DNA of 63,359 nucleotides, counting the filler, from Neolecta irregularis DAH-3 (taxonomy: Eukaryota), in NCBI GenBank assembly GCA_001929475.1. It is 5 parts of 5 records of this genome, joined end to end, with 100 filler letters (N's around TTAATTAATTAA, not from the genome) between each part and the next. Parts side by side here need not be neighbours in the genome. Positions count along the whole stretch, not along the records: positions 44,879 to 62,116 come from LXFE01000716.1; positions 62,217 to 63,359 come from LXFE01000732.1; 3 more parts are not named here. One strand, 5' to 3'. Shown in pieces: positions 51,758 through 63,359 of the stretch (positions are counted from its first letter, which is position 1; each line of letters begins with the position of its first letter). The notes below the pieces were generated by a model. That model was not told where the DNA came from. It did no database searches and worked only from the letters and a program-made list of their open reading frames with translations. The translations under genes and the position numbers were made by a program.

Positions 51758-52390
51758 GATTGTTTGATATGATACCCATTAACGAGACCTGACCATCTTA
51801 TATAACTTTTTGAAATGGCCATGCCCTAGGGTACGCATATGCTCGCACATAGGAGCCAAATGCTAAAAAGGTTCCAATTTAATCTAGTGCAATAACCCTA
51901 TGCGTGCATGCTATCCAACCACGCTCTGGTTATTCTCTCCAGAAGCCAACCGCTGATTAAGTGAATGCGTGACTTTTTAAGATCCAATGAATTCAAAACC
52001 CCTGGGAACTATCGAAAGCTATTGCATCATCAAACAACTGCCACGTAACACCATTAGCAATTTCAGCTAGTCATCTATTTTAAGAGATTCGTTATATTAT
52101 CTTGCTCTACTGTGAAGGAAAGGTCCTTAGAAGAGAGCATGAAAAAATGTCACTGATTCTCTTTCTTATTGCTTCGATGCTTTTAGTGCTTACGAACCTT
52201 TGTCTTTTGGGATCCCTTGTATTGGTGCCGAATGTAATGCTAAATCAGAGGCCTAGATGTAGTACTTCCATTCTATGATTCATCATAGAACATGAGTCTC
52301 TGATCTTTTTAGAAACAAGCCTATTTAGCTTCAGGGTAAGAGCCTGACATCCGTGCTCGGCCGAGCTTTTGGGGTTACGCTGCTCATGCT

Positions 52391-52619
52391 GTAAGCTATG
52401 CGCTTAGAAGTACGATAAGACCAAGTGTTATAACTAGCTTGAGTGGCCGTACTTTCATGAGGGGAACACACCTAGCCTAAGTAGACGTACTTGGCTAAGT
52501 ATTTCCCCATTCCCGGCACTATATACTATTTACATCAAGCCTCATCAGCCGCCCTACCGTTTCCGTCTTTGGTAAGGATATACTCGAGTGTACATCCTTA
52601 CACATGCACTGACCCCTAG
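52391..52619. mobile_element. Degenerate short dispersed hairpin repeat, copy 3
   Basis: Both hairpins present: cctagcctaagta...tacttggctaag and gtaaggatatac...gtacatccttac. Confidence 0.65.
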
Positions 52620-53950
52620 CGAGGCTCAGAGTGGCTTAGCAAAATATTGGAAGCTTTCTGCTTTTCATGCAGTTATATACCTTTATTTCTGGCTAAAAGT
52701 ACAGGGGAAATCCTTCGAAGTTCGTAACTCTGCCAACGCCATAACGTAAATATCTAGTCATTTTTCTGTAATTTCATTTGCTCAAGTTGTGCAATAGCTT
52801 CATTTCATTATCGTGGCGCTTGCGCAAGGTAAACATGTGCAGAAGAGATGAGAGTGTGTATCAGGTCTGGAAATTACAGATAAACGGGTGTTCATTAGAT
52901 TACGGTGAGCTAATCCTAGTGAAACTGGGTTAGCTATTTTGTCACATGATCACATCTCGTTAGGGGTCGTCAAACTCAACTCCGAAATTTGTCTATGTGC
53001 ACTTTAAATGTGAATTGCCTACTATCATCTTCCTCCTTGCCAAACAACCTTTCAACAGTATGGAATGACATTCTCCTAATACGATATTGGTTAATGTTAA
53101 TATTTGGAGCTTGAGACTAACTTCACAACACACGCATCTCTTTAGCTTTCACGCTATTCGTTATCTCTACTTCTAATCTTCTCAGCCGATTCTCATATTA
53201 CCTGCACAGTCACGATACTGTGACGCCATTGTACCACCAAATTTTATAAGGTCTTCAAAGGACTGGATTGGACTGCGTATAGATGACCGAGATTGCTGAT
53301 AAAGTCATATGTAATATCATCCCGGTAGCTCTCGTAAACGATATATGATGAATTCTGCCGTGGACGATTCCATTTCGAGGCGGATTTTCACCGTCATTTT
53401 CGTATGTGACTGTGGGGACACGATTTTACCACAACCTCGCAACCCCCACAAGCTTGCCACCGCCACCGCCAAAGTATCGGAACCAGCACAAGCAGCAGCA
53501 AGGGTAGCCGATCACCCCAGTCGGGCCTGTCACAGGCATCGCTACCCAGCCGATCAATAGGGAGGCAAACGGGCAGATGACGATATCAGCACATGGGCCG
53601 AGTCTGTATATATGTAGCGCCTAGCTGGACTAGCTGGCTAGGGTTTGACCTGATATTCAATATACGTAGTTACTCTCTTTAACAGTATCTACGGCAGCAT
53701 ATCAAACCTAAGTCCACATCAGCGCTCAACCTAAGGTCGCGTGCTGACAGTGACGGCACAATTGTCATCCATATAAATTGGTATTGATCAATAACACAAA
53801 GCCCTCTATGGCAATTCCTTCGATTAGTTTTTGAATGGACCATTTGCTGTGTAATGCATCCATGAAGATATACTTTCCTAATACCATAATCTTTCGACAA
53901 CCTACGATCCCTTTACGACTGAAAATATAGACGACCTTTTTGTCTCATGC

Positions 53951-54763
53951 TCATACAATACAAGTAGACAGAGTTACCTTGGTTTCACTCCAATGACCTG
54001 TTGCTCTGGCTTTCCCGGCAGCGATCTTCTTCTCATCATCTAATATCTTTCCACCCATTTTCTCCAGTGTTCCAGCAAATATGTCCCATGCTGTGGGCCT
54101 CGAATAATGGTCGGTTACATATGTATCCCTAATTGTGACCTTATAAAATTGATTATTATCCAAGACGTTGCAATTTAAAGTGACTTGTTTATGGCCGGAT
54201 CGTTTGGGCGAGCGGGACGACTTTGAGTCTGTTATTAACAACAGCTGAGAAAGATATACTCCTATACCAGATCTCTTTGGCATCGCTGATGATACTATCA
54301 AAGCTCTGCTCTTATAGTTGTCAATATAACTTGCCTCAATGGGTTCAGCATGACTTTTGCGGAAGGATTTCGAGGATTCCATCCGTGTTTGATGAGTTCC
54401 TTGCTTGAAGTCGTAGAGCGAACATAGCCTTTATCTAAAAACATAATTGACAGCGTCAGAATGGATGCGGACACCAACCTCGCGTCAAGAATTCTATAAA
54501 GAAATTGGTCATTTGGTATAGGCCAGCTGATATTTGTCATGACCATGTTAAGGGACTTCGAAGATGAACTTTTCATGCAGACTATCCAAAAAGTCGTTAA
54601 TGTGTTCGTCATAACGATATCGTCATTCTCTAACTTGCGATTCCTTATTGTGATAATCAGTGTAAAGGACGGGTTCAATGATGATTGGCTTATTCCCTTT
54701 GAATGGCTGGTCATTTAAGGTATTTTTTTCCCAGTTGAACACACTAGCAAAGGAATGACACAT
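53951..54763 (-). pseudogene. Disrupted hydrophilic protein gene with CsbD-like motif
   Basis: Frame from ATG 54763 carries several in-frame stops before RPTAWDIFAGTLEKMGGKILDDEKKIAAGKARATG. Confidence 0.5.
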
Positions 54764-55141
54764 TGAAAACGGGTTATTGCTTGAATCGTTAGCATTCAGA
54801 GGTACTTACGTGGGCTTGGCCGTAAACAGATAAACAATGAATTACTCATCTCCTCTCGTTCAACGAACGTCAGAGTCTGCATTATGTGTAACTCTTGGGA
54901 TTCCGGGTCTGATTCTCACTCGAAGATAAATTCATACTTTGTAGATTTTGACTGTATTTTCAGAAGACTGTCATAAATACCCACCGAAGGGCAATCTGTC
55001 CTGGTGACACGTAGCCGAGAGTACGAGGCCAGCCTTTGATATGGATTTGATATATGCTGAGAGGTGAAATACAACAGTCCAAGTGCACTCCGCAAGACAT
55101 GCTGCAGTCAAATTCCTACAATCCCATTCAACTTCTCAAAC

Positions 55142-55530
55142 CTCCCAGTAGATGCCTATTTGGACCAGACTAGAGCTTGAGTCGGTCGGGACGGTCTGAG
55201 CAGTCTAAATCTTTATGTATAAAGTTAGAAGAAATATTAGAAGAGATAAGGTACCAAAAAAGTGATTTTTGTAGAGGTAAGGCAAATTGAAGGTTGATTT
55301 CGCTGTGAGAAGAATCTCAAAAAGATTTCTTCCGTGCCTCAGACAGGAAATAACCAATAAGATGAATTACAAAAATGAGTGAAGCTGGCGAATCTTCAGT
55401 TATTTCCAATGCCTCCAATGCTTCCCCTCCCAATGTAATCAAAGCAACTCAGCTCTATTAGTTAATCCTATCAGAATGTATCAGACGGTTTAGACCGACC
55501 AGACCTAGGGTTCAGTCTATTGGGAACGCT
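55142..55530. mobile_element. Degenerate hAT-like MITE
   Basis: Imperfect inverted ends; the right end reads CAGCGTTCCCAATAGACTG on the minus strand; gtcggtc...gtctga motifs on both arms. Confidence 0.4.
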
Positions 55531-56821
55531 GGTGTTCGCTGACGTCTCTAATGATCATACTCGACCTTCCTGTATTTAACGCAAAAACCACGCCAATTCC
55601 CCACTACTCAACAATGACCCTGGCTCTCCGTCATCCAGACAAAAGGTGAAGGAGGTTTAAATATCTGTTCGCTGAAACAAGAAGCTTGTTATTTAGACTA
55701 AGCGCCAGCTTGTTTGTGGTGGAAGGAATCACTAAATTTACTTCTTTCGAGTTGCCAACACAATTTCTAATCGGTTCTGTAAACAACCCCATGAAGGAGC
55801 GTTCTGAGGCCACTTACTCGGATAGATATGGTGTCGTTAATTGAACTTTCCTCTTCATGTGAAGATGAGAGAATTTTGCAAGTCGCTTATATTGTTCTAA
55901 AACTCCCTGGATACATGGTACATGGGAATCGTGGAATACAGAGCTCAACGCGAATGGATAGAAAATTGTTTAGGAATAAGCACGAGAAAAAATCTCTGGG
56001 TTAAGGTAGTGACGCAACGGCATAGAAACGGATCGATTGCAGCTTCTGGCGTCATACCGGAGAGGTAGAATGAAGTGCGATGCTATACAGATTGCACAGG
56101 CTCTGCTCACCGACCTTGCTCAACTTCCCAGGACAATTCTGAAGTTTAGAGTCCTTCTTTTTCCGCAAGACAGATAACGACCCGTAAACCGCTACGGATA
56201 GGCATACGGCACACTAGACCGCAACATGTAAGTATAGGACCTCGATACGAACAAGACTAGGATTTATTTCTAGCTTGTAGAGATAACGGAAATAGAAAAG
56301 ACATATGTGAACCACCCCAGAGCGGCCAGGCTGCCCAGCAATGTACTAGCCTCCCTGGAACAGGAAGTAATTCAGTAGACAAACAAACGGAATTGGAAGA
56401 GGGAGAGGAGGAGAAACGCTGGAAGCGGGCAAACTGCCCAGCAGCATGACATCACCCTCGGAATGGGCAATTCAGGGGAGGAGAATTGGGAAGGGAAGGG
56501 GATACGCCAGTATCTTCTAGGCCAGCCAGATTAGGGACGTTAATGGTAAGTGAAGTTAATGGGGAGGGAGAGCGGTTGGGTAGATTTCATGGGAATCCTC
56601 TTGCCACACATCCAGGACTGATTGTGCCGGCATTCCTCAACTCACCAATCAGAACAGTTGCAATATATCAATTCTCTACCAGCAGTATCATTCTGACGTA
56701 ACTACCCGACCGAAATCGGAAATGGCATTCGAAATGGGATGGCGCAACAACAAAAGCCACAATCTTATTACCTCCCCACAGATTTAAACGCTTTCGTCAC
56801 CTTCCCTTTCAGAATCCCAAA

Positions 56822-57182
56822 ATGACTGCACCTCAACCAAACCATGAGACTTCTAACACTGCTTCTGATAACGGAATAACCTCTTCCTATGAAGTGGGTG
56901 GTTCGTCCCATCACAGTATTGGGAAAACCAATAACTCTCATGGAAATACTCCATCAAGTGTGTTTCCTTTGTTCATATGATGTTTCTTACAGTCTAGATA
57001 ATCGACAAGAGAATTCCACTACTGCCGTGGGCTGGCGGGCCTTTGTGGACAAAATCAATGGTGCACCCAATGAACCGAGCACCATGGATAAAGTTAAGAG
57101 CCATATGCAGAAGCTTGAAGGAAATTTGTTAAACAGACCGGAGAAACTCAAGGAAGCAGAGGAGACATTAGGGTCGAGATAA
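56822..57182 (+). CDS. 106-aa hydrophilin with CsbD-like C-terminus
   Basis: ATG 56822, 40-nt intron 56958-56997; EPSTMDKVKSHMQKLEGNLLNRPEKLKEAE. Confidence 0.75.
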
Positions 57183-57844
57183 CTATGTTTGCTGCAAATC
57201 TTCTAGCAGTCGATCTGATTTCGTCTGGTTTCAAGTTTTCAGAATACCTCATAATCTTCGCATGTCAGCAACATCGTAGAACTCTCAAAAGAAACCATCC
57301 CATTAAGCCGGGCCAGTATTTTCAAACAGTGCCTGATGCTCGATCTACTACCTATACATAGGTGCTTCCATTTCCGCAGAGCAAAACTTCTGTGTTTTTC
57401 TTCTTTGTAAACAAAATTCATAAATTCATAATCGAATATCTGGTATAAACAGCCGCAAATCACCACAGCGTACACCGAGATAGAACTAGTGTGAATCATA
57501 TTGTCTACACTACCATATGTCCCAAATGTTTATATTTTATTCGAGAGACATATAGAGCTTTTAGATCGATCTCAGATAATAATACATTACAAATACTATT
57601 ACGTCGTAACGTCCCTATTACCTCGATACCTCATCTTAGAGACAAATAGTTCCAATAGTAGTCTATACAACTCCAGACCACAAGGGGGTTCACCTTTCTA
57701 GCTCGATGCCCTTCAATGAGATCGACGTTTGCATCCTCCATGAGAATCTCCATTTGGGTTCAACATTTGGTTAAGGTCTTTGGACACGTGACCCGGAATC
57801 CAACTTAAGCAACTTGACTGATCCATTCCACGTAATTCGCTCAA

Positions 57845-59302
57845 ATGCAACAGGGTGTCCTATCTAATGATACAATCAAGGATGCGGCCGAAAATCTTGG
57901 GATTGCGAATTTATCAGAAGAAGTATCGAAGGCGCTTGCTCTGGACGTGGAATATCGAATGAAAGAGGTCATCCAAGAAGCTATGAAATTTATGAGACAT
58001 GCAAAACGGACTATTCTTTCGACAAATGACATTTCGCACGCGCTAAGGACCCTTAAACTTGAGGTATCTATTTTTATAGGAACACAATTTGAACAAATCA
58101 GCCTTTATACGGGTATGGATCGTCCCGGCCTATGAATTTCAGAGAAGCTCATTACGGTCAATCCCACCCAATATACTACCTAGACGACGATGAAATTGAA
58201 TTCGAAAAGGTGATAAACTCGCCACTACCGAAAGTACCTCGAGAAGTCGCAATGACGGCACACTGGTTAGCGATAGAAGGCGTTCAACCCAGCATACCTC
58301 AAAATCCAACCGTTGATGCGACAACCACTTTTTCGAGTTCGTCTGAAGGCGGGAAAAATTCGATCAGCTCATCAGCAACTGAAGTCAAACCTTTGGTCAA
58401 ACATGTTTTGAGTGAGGAGTTGCAAATCTATTTCGATCGGGTATCAAAAGCTTTGCTAGATCAAGACAACGAATCATTGCGAAATGCTGCTCTGGCCAGT
58501 TTGTCTCATGACCCCGGCCTTCACCAGTTATTACCCTACTTAGTCCAATATATTGCAGAAAAAGTATTAGTCCTCAGATGGTGATATTAATTCATTAAGG
58601 TCACTCATAATCTGAAATCCTTAAGTATCCTTCAAATAATGATGCAAACAGTATATGCGCTGCTATCAAATCCGAACCTCTTTCTTGAGCCATATGTATG
58701 TACTCCCTCTCCTCGATGTCATCTTAATTTTAGGTACATCAATTAGTGCCGTCTGTTCTGACCTGTCTTATCTCCAAACGCCTCGGACCAGATCTCAATA
58801 GAGAACACTATCAATTACGAGATTATTCTGCCTCTATACTCAAACTTTTGCTTGATAAATTCTCTGATTCGTATCATACACTTAAACCTCGCATTACGAG
58901 GACATTACTGAAGGCTTTCCTCGATAATAAGAAACCATTTACAACTCATTATGGAGCTTTAAGGGGCCTTACGATTCTCGGTAGAGAAGTTGTTCGAGTA
59001 TTAATTGCTCCGAACGCAATAGCATATTCAGTTCTCATTGAGAAGGAAATTAACGACGGGAATTTTGAAGCTGAAAAAGTTTTAATTTCAATCACGGTGT
59101 GTTGATTTTTCCCCTTATTTTCTGATTTGAAAAGGACTCACTGGAAAGCCTTGTTGATCCGGAGCTGAGTGACTTGTTACAGGGAAAATCCGAAGAAGAA
59201 ATTATAATGGCTATGACCGAGAAGCTTGGGCAATTGGTCGTCCGCAGGTTATGGAGTAATGGGAAGGGAATGCAGGTTGCAAATACCATGCTAGATATCT
59301 AG
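57845..59302 (+). CDS. TAF6: TFIID/SAGA subunit Taf6
   Basis: Histone fold LALDVEYRMKEVIQEAMKFMRHAKR, AHWLAIEGVQPSIPQNP, KHVLSEELQIYF and DPGLHQLLPY. Confidence 0.96.
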
Positions 59303-59795
59303 TGCTTAATACCACGTAATGCCAATTTCAATTGTAGTGTGGATAAAAGTGGTGTAACTGGTGGATTTAGTGGTGAGGCTGGTGGATTTTCTTGGTGTCG
59401 CAGTTTTCAAGGTATCCAAAACTTTACCAAAAAGGGACACCACTCAGGTTCCCGGCGAAACTCTCCCCTTGATGGCTATTACTATTATTCCAGGTGGCCA
59501 ACTGCAGGTAGTGATGAGGGTGGTGGATTTTATAAAATTCACGATTTTACAGGTGTATCAGAACTCATTTAACTAAGATGGCGACCATCTAAAAATTGAT
59601 TTTGTGTATATCACCAGCGCAATAAATACAAACCAGTTTTCCGAAGATGTAACAGTCAAAGAGACAATACCCCAGGCAGTTGCCAAAATGATATTCCGTA
59701 TTCCCCTACTCAAAACATCAAAGCAAAGACATTAACGGAATGGTAATTGAAGCAAAGAGTAATTCCCCACCAAATTTTCTTCACTCAAGATAATC

Positions 59796-61771
59796 CTACA
59801 TTGATATCCGTTTCGCCATTGCTTCTAAGCGCTCATCTCTCATACCAACCGCAGAGTTGATAGCGCCTTTCAGCGCAGATTCTTCCATACTTCTGCGCAC
59901 TGCTCTACTAGGTGGCAGCCGTTCGTTCTGGAGATCAAGCTGTCGAGCATCTTCAAACCCATGGATAGCTAGGCGGATCAGACCCTGTTAACTGAATCAA
60001 TTTATACCTTCTTTGATACCCTCAGCTCCGAGAACGAGTGTCCCTGCGGGCAACCTGGGACTTCCACTGACTGTTTTCAACTCTGTCACACTTTCACTCT
60101 CCTCGCGGAGGACCTGGAAAACCCTCGATAGCCTACCAATCGCCAAGATCTTATTCTTAATGACTTGCCTTCGTTGCTCTTGGTCATCCGAAGTGGTAGA
60201 AGTTGTTGGTGTAAGGGCTGTGTCGTCTGTGTCGAGCTCTTCTTTTGAGCAAATGTTGAGGATTGCAATAAGCATATCAGTTACTATGAAGTCAATGCCA
60301 TATTCGGATGATCGGAAGTTCACCTTTTTCTCCAACAAAAGGCAACGACCAGGTAAAAACATCCATAAAATTGGGAAGCCAGTATGGATGGGGAGTACAG
60401 TCTGAAAGGTGAGTTCCTAAAAAGAATGACAGCATACTAAACTGGCGGATGTTCATGACATTGTTTTCATATTTGAGAACGGCTGCCTTGTTGTTGTAAA
60501 CGTCGAGGTAGTTTGGGGCAGAAAATATAGTCATGACACTTGGGAAACCGGTAGTCTTTGTTTTGCGATACATTCTGTATCTAGACATATTGAGCAATCA
60601 TTCAAAAGCAAACAAGATTACCCAGCATCCTGTGCTTCATGAGCTCTTATTACACTCAATAAATTATTCTTTTCTAGGAAAGCGCAAGCAGCGTTGTAAC
60701 TGACAATCAGTAAATCGCTCGACAAGTTCGAAATACCTAAAAAAATATGAACATCCACGAACATGATTATGTATAAAATAATCACTACTTTTCTCACTGC
60801 CAAATTCTTCGAGAGGATCTGCCCATAAAATGTCGCACATAAGCCCATGCGTGGGAGGTTCATGAAATCGTTCGATCTGTTCGACTTAGTCTAGGCGAAT
60901 ATACAATCGTACATTTCGAATATCATCGAGTGTGGTCAGTTCGGGTGACAGCCCGCCATGAATACAGAGAAATTGCTTGTTCATGATAGCAGCAAGAGGA
61001 AGAGAACAAAACGAGTTCATACAAGCGTCATAGACTCGTTCGCTATATTTATGTTTGCCTGCAAAATTAGTTCCAAGCAGAGGAACACGTATACATTCAA
61101 GCTTGAACGTAAAATAATCCGTAAGATGTCGACATTCGTGGTTTCCTCTAAGAAGCCATAAAGTATTTGGGTACCATATCTTCAATGACCACAAGTAGAG
61201 TACGCACTGTAGTGTCAATAAATCAATCGATCCTCAAAGGCGAACTTCAATTGAAAAATAACCTCGATCCACATAATCCCCGAGAAATAGATACATTGTT
61301 TCCGCTGGGTTCCCGCCAACTTCAAATAGTTTCATTAAGTCATAATATTGACCGTGAATATCTCCAGATACTTCATGGTCAGAACACCCCCTGAAAGCAA
61401 AAATGATTACCAGTAATAGGAGCATCTACTTCCAACAGATTCGGCTCCGTCCTCAAAATCTCGGTACCCTTTTCCAAAATCCATAAAGCTTGTTCCTCCG
61501 TCAATCGACCTTCTCTATAGAAATGATTTTTTAAGAAAGCAATATCCGGTTTATCAGGATCTTGCTCGCTCCAGAACTGATCATCCGTAGGCATATGAAA
61601 TGCCGGTGCCTGAACGTCTTTCATGACCCTGGATTGAGTGGATATTGTTGAACCATCTTCCAAAGTGTGAAGGGTAAAGTCAATCTCTGGAATAGGTGGT
61701 TTATTCGCCATAGCTTTCAATGCATTATCAAAAGTAGTGCTATTGTCGTACTGTCGATCTGACGTAGACAT
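59796..61771 (-). CDS. CNA1: Calcineurin catalytic subunit A
   Basis: [35 protein letters not shown], CaM-binding [19 protein letters not shown] and autoinhibitory [17 protein letters not shown] possible extra 5' exon starts at ATG 61854. Confidence 0.97.
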
Positions 61772-62043
61772 TGATAGATCAGAAAATGGAATAGGGGATT
61801 GGATGGCGAGCAGGTTGAATGACGCAGGATGTGGTGGTGAGTTTCAGAATTCATGGCGTCTATATGGAGTCAATCTATATTCGCACATTGATAACGAACA
61901 TACATCGAATATCAAACGAACTTTAGAAGATTGGGCTGTCGCTGCTTAGAATGGATGCTACCTTTTATTTGAGAGGACGAAGCCGACGGAGAGAAATTTT
62001 GCTATAATGTCATTAATAGATATAAATTAAAAAGATGCCAGAG

Positions 62044-62116
62044 TCAGTGCCTGTAAGGATATACACTCGGGTATATCCTTACCAAAGACGGAAATGACGG
62101 AAGCAGTAGGGCAGCT
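62044..62116. mobile_element. Dispersed hairpin repeat, copy 4 (inverted, cut by linker)
   Basis: gtaaggatatac-actcgg-gtatatccttac perfect 12-bp stem; reverse complement matches about 52547-52613. Confidence 0.8.
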
Positions 62117-62216
62117 NNNNNNNNNNNNNNNNNNNNNNNNNNNNNNNNNNNNNNNNNNNNTTAATTAATTAANNNNNNNNNNNNNNNNNNNNNNNNNNNN
62201 NNNNNNNNNNNNNNNN
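62117..62216. other. Artificial contig linker
   Basis: N44-TTAATTAATTAA-N44. Confidence 0.98.
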
Positions 62217-63110
62217 GAGCTTGCAAGTAATAATAAATTTCTGATAACTAGGACACGTAAGCCAGTACAAGTTCAAGACATTACTGCAAGGTTTTCTCAC
62301 AATGATTATATGCATGAAAATGATTGGGCTATTGAGATTCAAACTAGATATGGGCTATTGTTTTCACATCACGAACAACAACGGTTAGATCAAGAAATTC
62401 TAAGGGTCTGCAACATTGCCATACACGGCGATCCACCAATGTCGGTAAATATTAGACGACAACTTATGGACCTAACCCTAAATGCATGGGCACAGCATTC
62501 GAGTAATTCAGACACCTTCTCGGAAGGGTACGACACTATTATATTGACTTTTCTCGAGATATTCAGCAAGAGTGCTGATCAAGATGTGACCACTTTATAC
62601 GATTCAACCAAGAGGATGCTTTTCATTCAAAGTAAAGACTTGTACCTGCTTATCGTTTCAATTGGCCCTGGACATTACGAAATATTACGGTCCACTAAAT
62701 CAGTAGACAGTCTTATCCAAACTACGATAGTAGCAAAGAACGTTGAAATCGACGATGAACAAAAGAATGATGCTTTAGAGCTATTTAAAAAAACAGTGAC
62801 TCGTGTTGATCAGCATGCTACGATTCCTGATACTGTACATAAAAAGAATACGGCTCACTCCACAGAAAACGACGAGCAATCGCTTGCGGCCGCTGTATTT
62901 GTCACCGTGGCAGAGGAGACACTTTTTCGACGTCCATCTTACTTAAGACGGTATTTGTGTACCCGGGGGACAATATTTTATCGCGATATCGTAACAGCAG
63001 TGCTCTCTAGCGTATATGAAAAGATTCAAGCTAGATCGTTCCACAAGAGTTTGTTCAAAAAGGTCAATGCTGGTACTTTAACTGACATAACCGTAAGTAA
63101 TATAAACTAA
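62217..63110 (+). CDS. Hypothetical protein, probably 5'-truncated
   Basis: Frame open from the gap edge (62217) through ATG 62310 to TAA 63110; no motif recognised. Confidence 0.65.
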   Translation, partial: ELASNNKFLITRTRKPVQVQDITARFSHNDYMHENDWAIEIQTRYGLLFSHHEQQRLDQEILRVCNIAIHGDPPMSVNIRRQLMDLTLNAWAQHSSNSDTFSEGYDTIILTFLEIFSKSADQDVTTLYDSTKRMLFIQSKDLYLLIVSIGPGHYEILRSTKSVDSLIQTTIVAKNVEIDDEQKNDALELFKKTVTRVDQHATIPDTVHKKNTAHSTENDEQSLAAAVFVTVAEETLFRRPSYLRRYLCTRGTIFYRDIVTAVLSSVYEKIQARSFHKSLFKKVNAGTLTDITVSNIN

Positions 63111-63294
63111 GGTCGGACGCTGCTTTTTTTGTAATAGTTTTGTATGCAAGATAATTGTTGAATTGTTTTAGTTTTGTAATCTATGATGGAATGTTGACGA
63201 GTACTTTTGACGTATCTGTACACTGAGATGTCGTGGAATGTCGTGCCAAATTTCCTTAAATTTGGCAATTCTTCGAATTCCAATTTTAAGCGCG

Positions 63295-63359
63295 TGTTCT
63301 GTCCCACCTGTGGAATCGTCCCACCTGTGGAATCGCCCAGCCTCACCACCAAATCCACT
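63295..63359. repeat. Second copy of the 45-bp / 17-bp-doublet repeat
   Basis: Identical to 49004-49048; its continuation matches the reverse complement of 59361-59382 at 21 of 22 nt. Confidence 0.95.

Noticed and set aside
50216-54763. Stop-codon recoding or RNA editing rescuing the interrupted genes
   Set aside because: Frameshifts accompany the stops, all three stop types occur, and conserved genes use the standard code; pseudogenisation is simpler.

Overview
Gene-dense fungal nuclear DNA with very short introns (most I resolved are 32-45 nt). Gene sequences and intron style suggest an early-diverging ascomycete (Taphrinomycotina, Neolecta-like); this is inference only. The window is five contigs joined by artificial N44-TTAATTAATTAA-N44 linkers, so adjacency across linkers is unproven. 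Conserved genes: SEC26, sphingoid base kinase, GCN4/CPC1, GID4, partial RRP1, an MBOAT acyltransferase, TVP38-like, pyruvate carboxylase, eIF2-gamma, tRNA-Pro(AGG), HIS1, DED1, MAK11, EAF1, ERG7, VPS25, TAF6 and calcineurin A. Best leads: (1) a 5.8-9.9 kb accessory island with a secreted PAN/apple-like protein, a KR-EA-processed peptide precursor bracketed by G-rich inverted repeats, and a Cys-to-Ser Ulp1-like pseudoprotease; (2) a cpc-1-type leader with two uORFs and a splice-dependent, AUG-less in-frame extension; (3) GC-rich islands whose G/C skew flips at a CACGTG-bearing minisatellite; (4) a CpG-depleted, C-to-T-decayed block; (5) a birth-and-death cluster of hydrophilin/CsbD-like genes; (6) frequent GC-AG and other relaxed splice sites. 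Exon structures and family calls were made by eye, without database searches.
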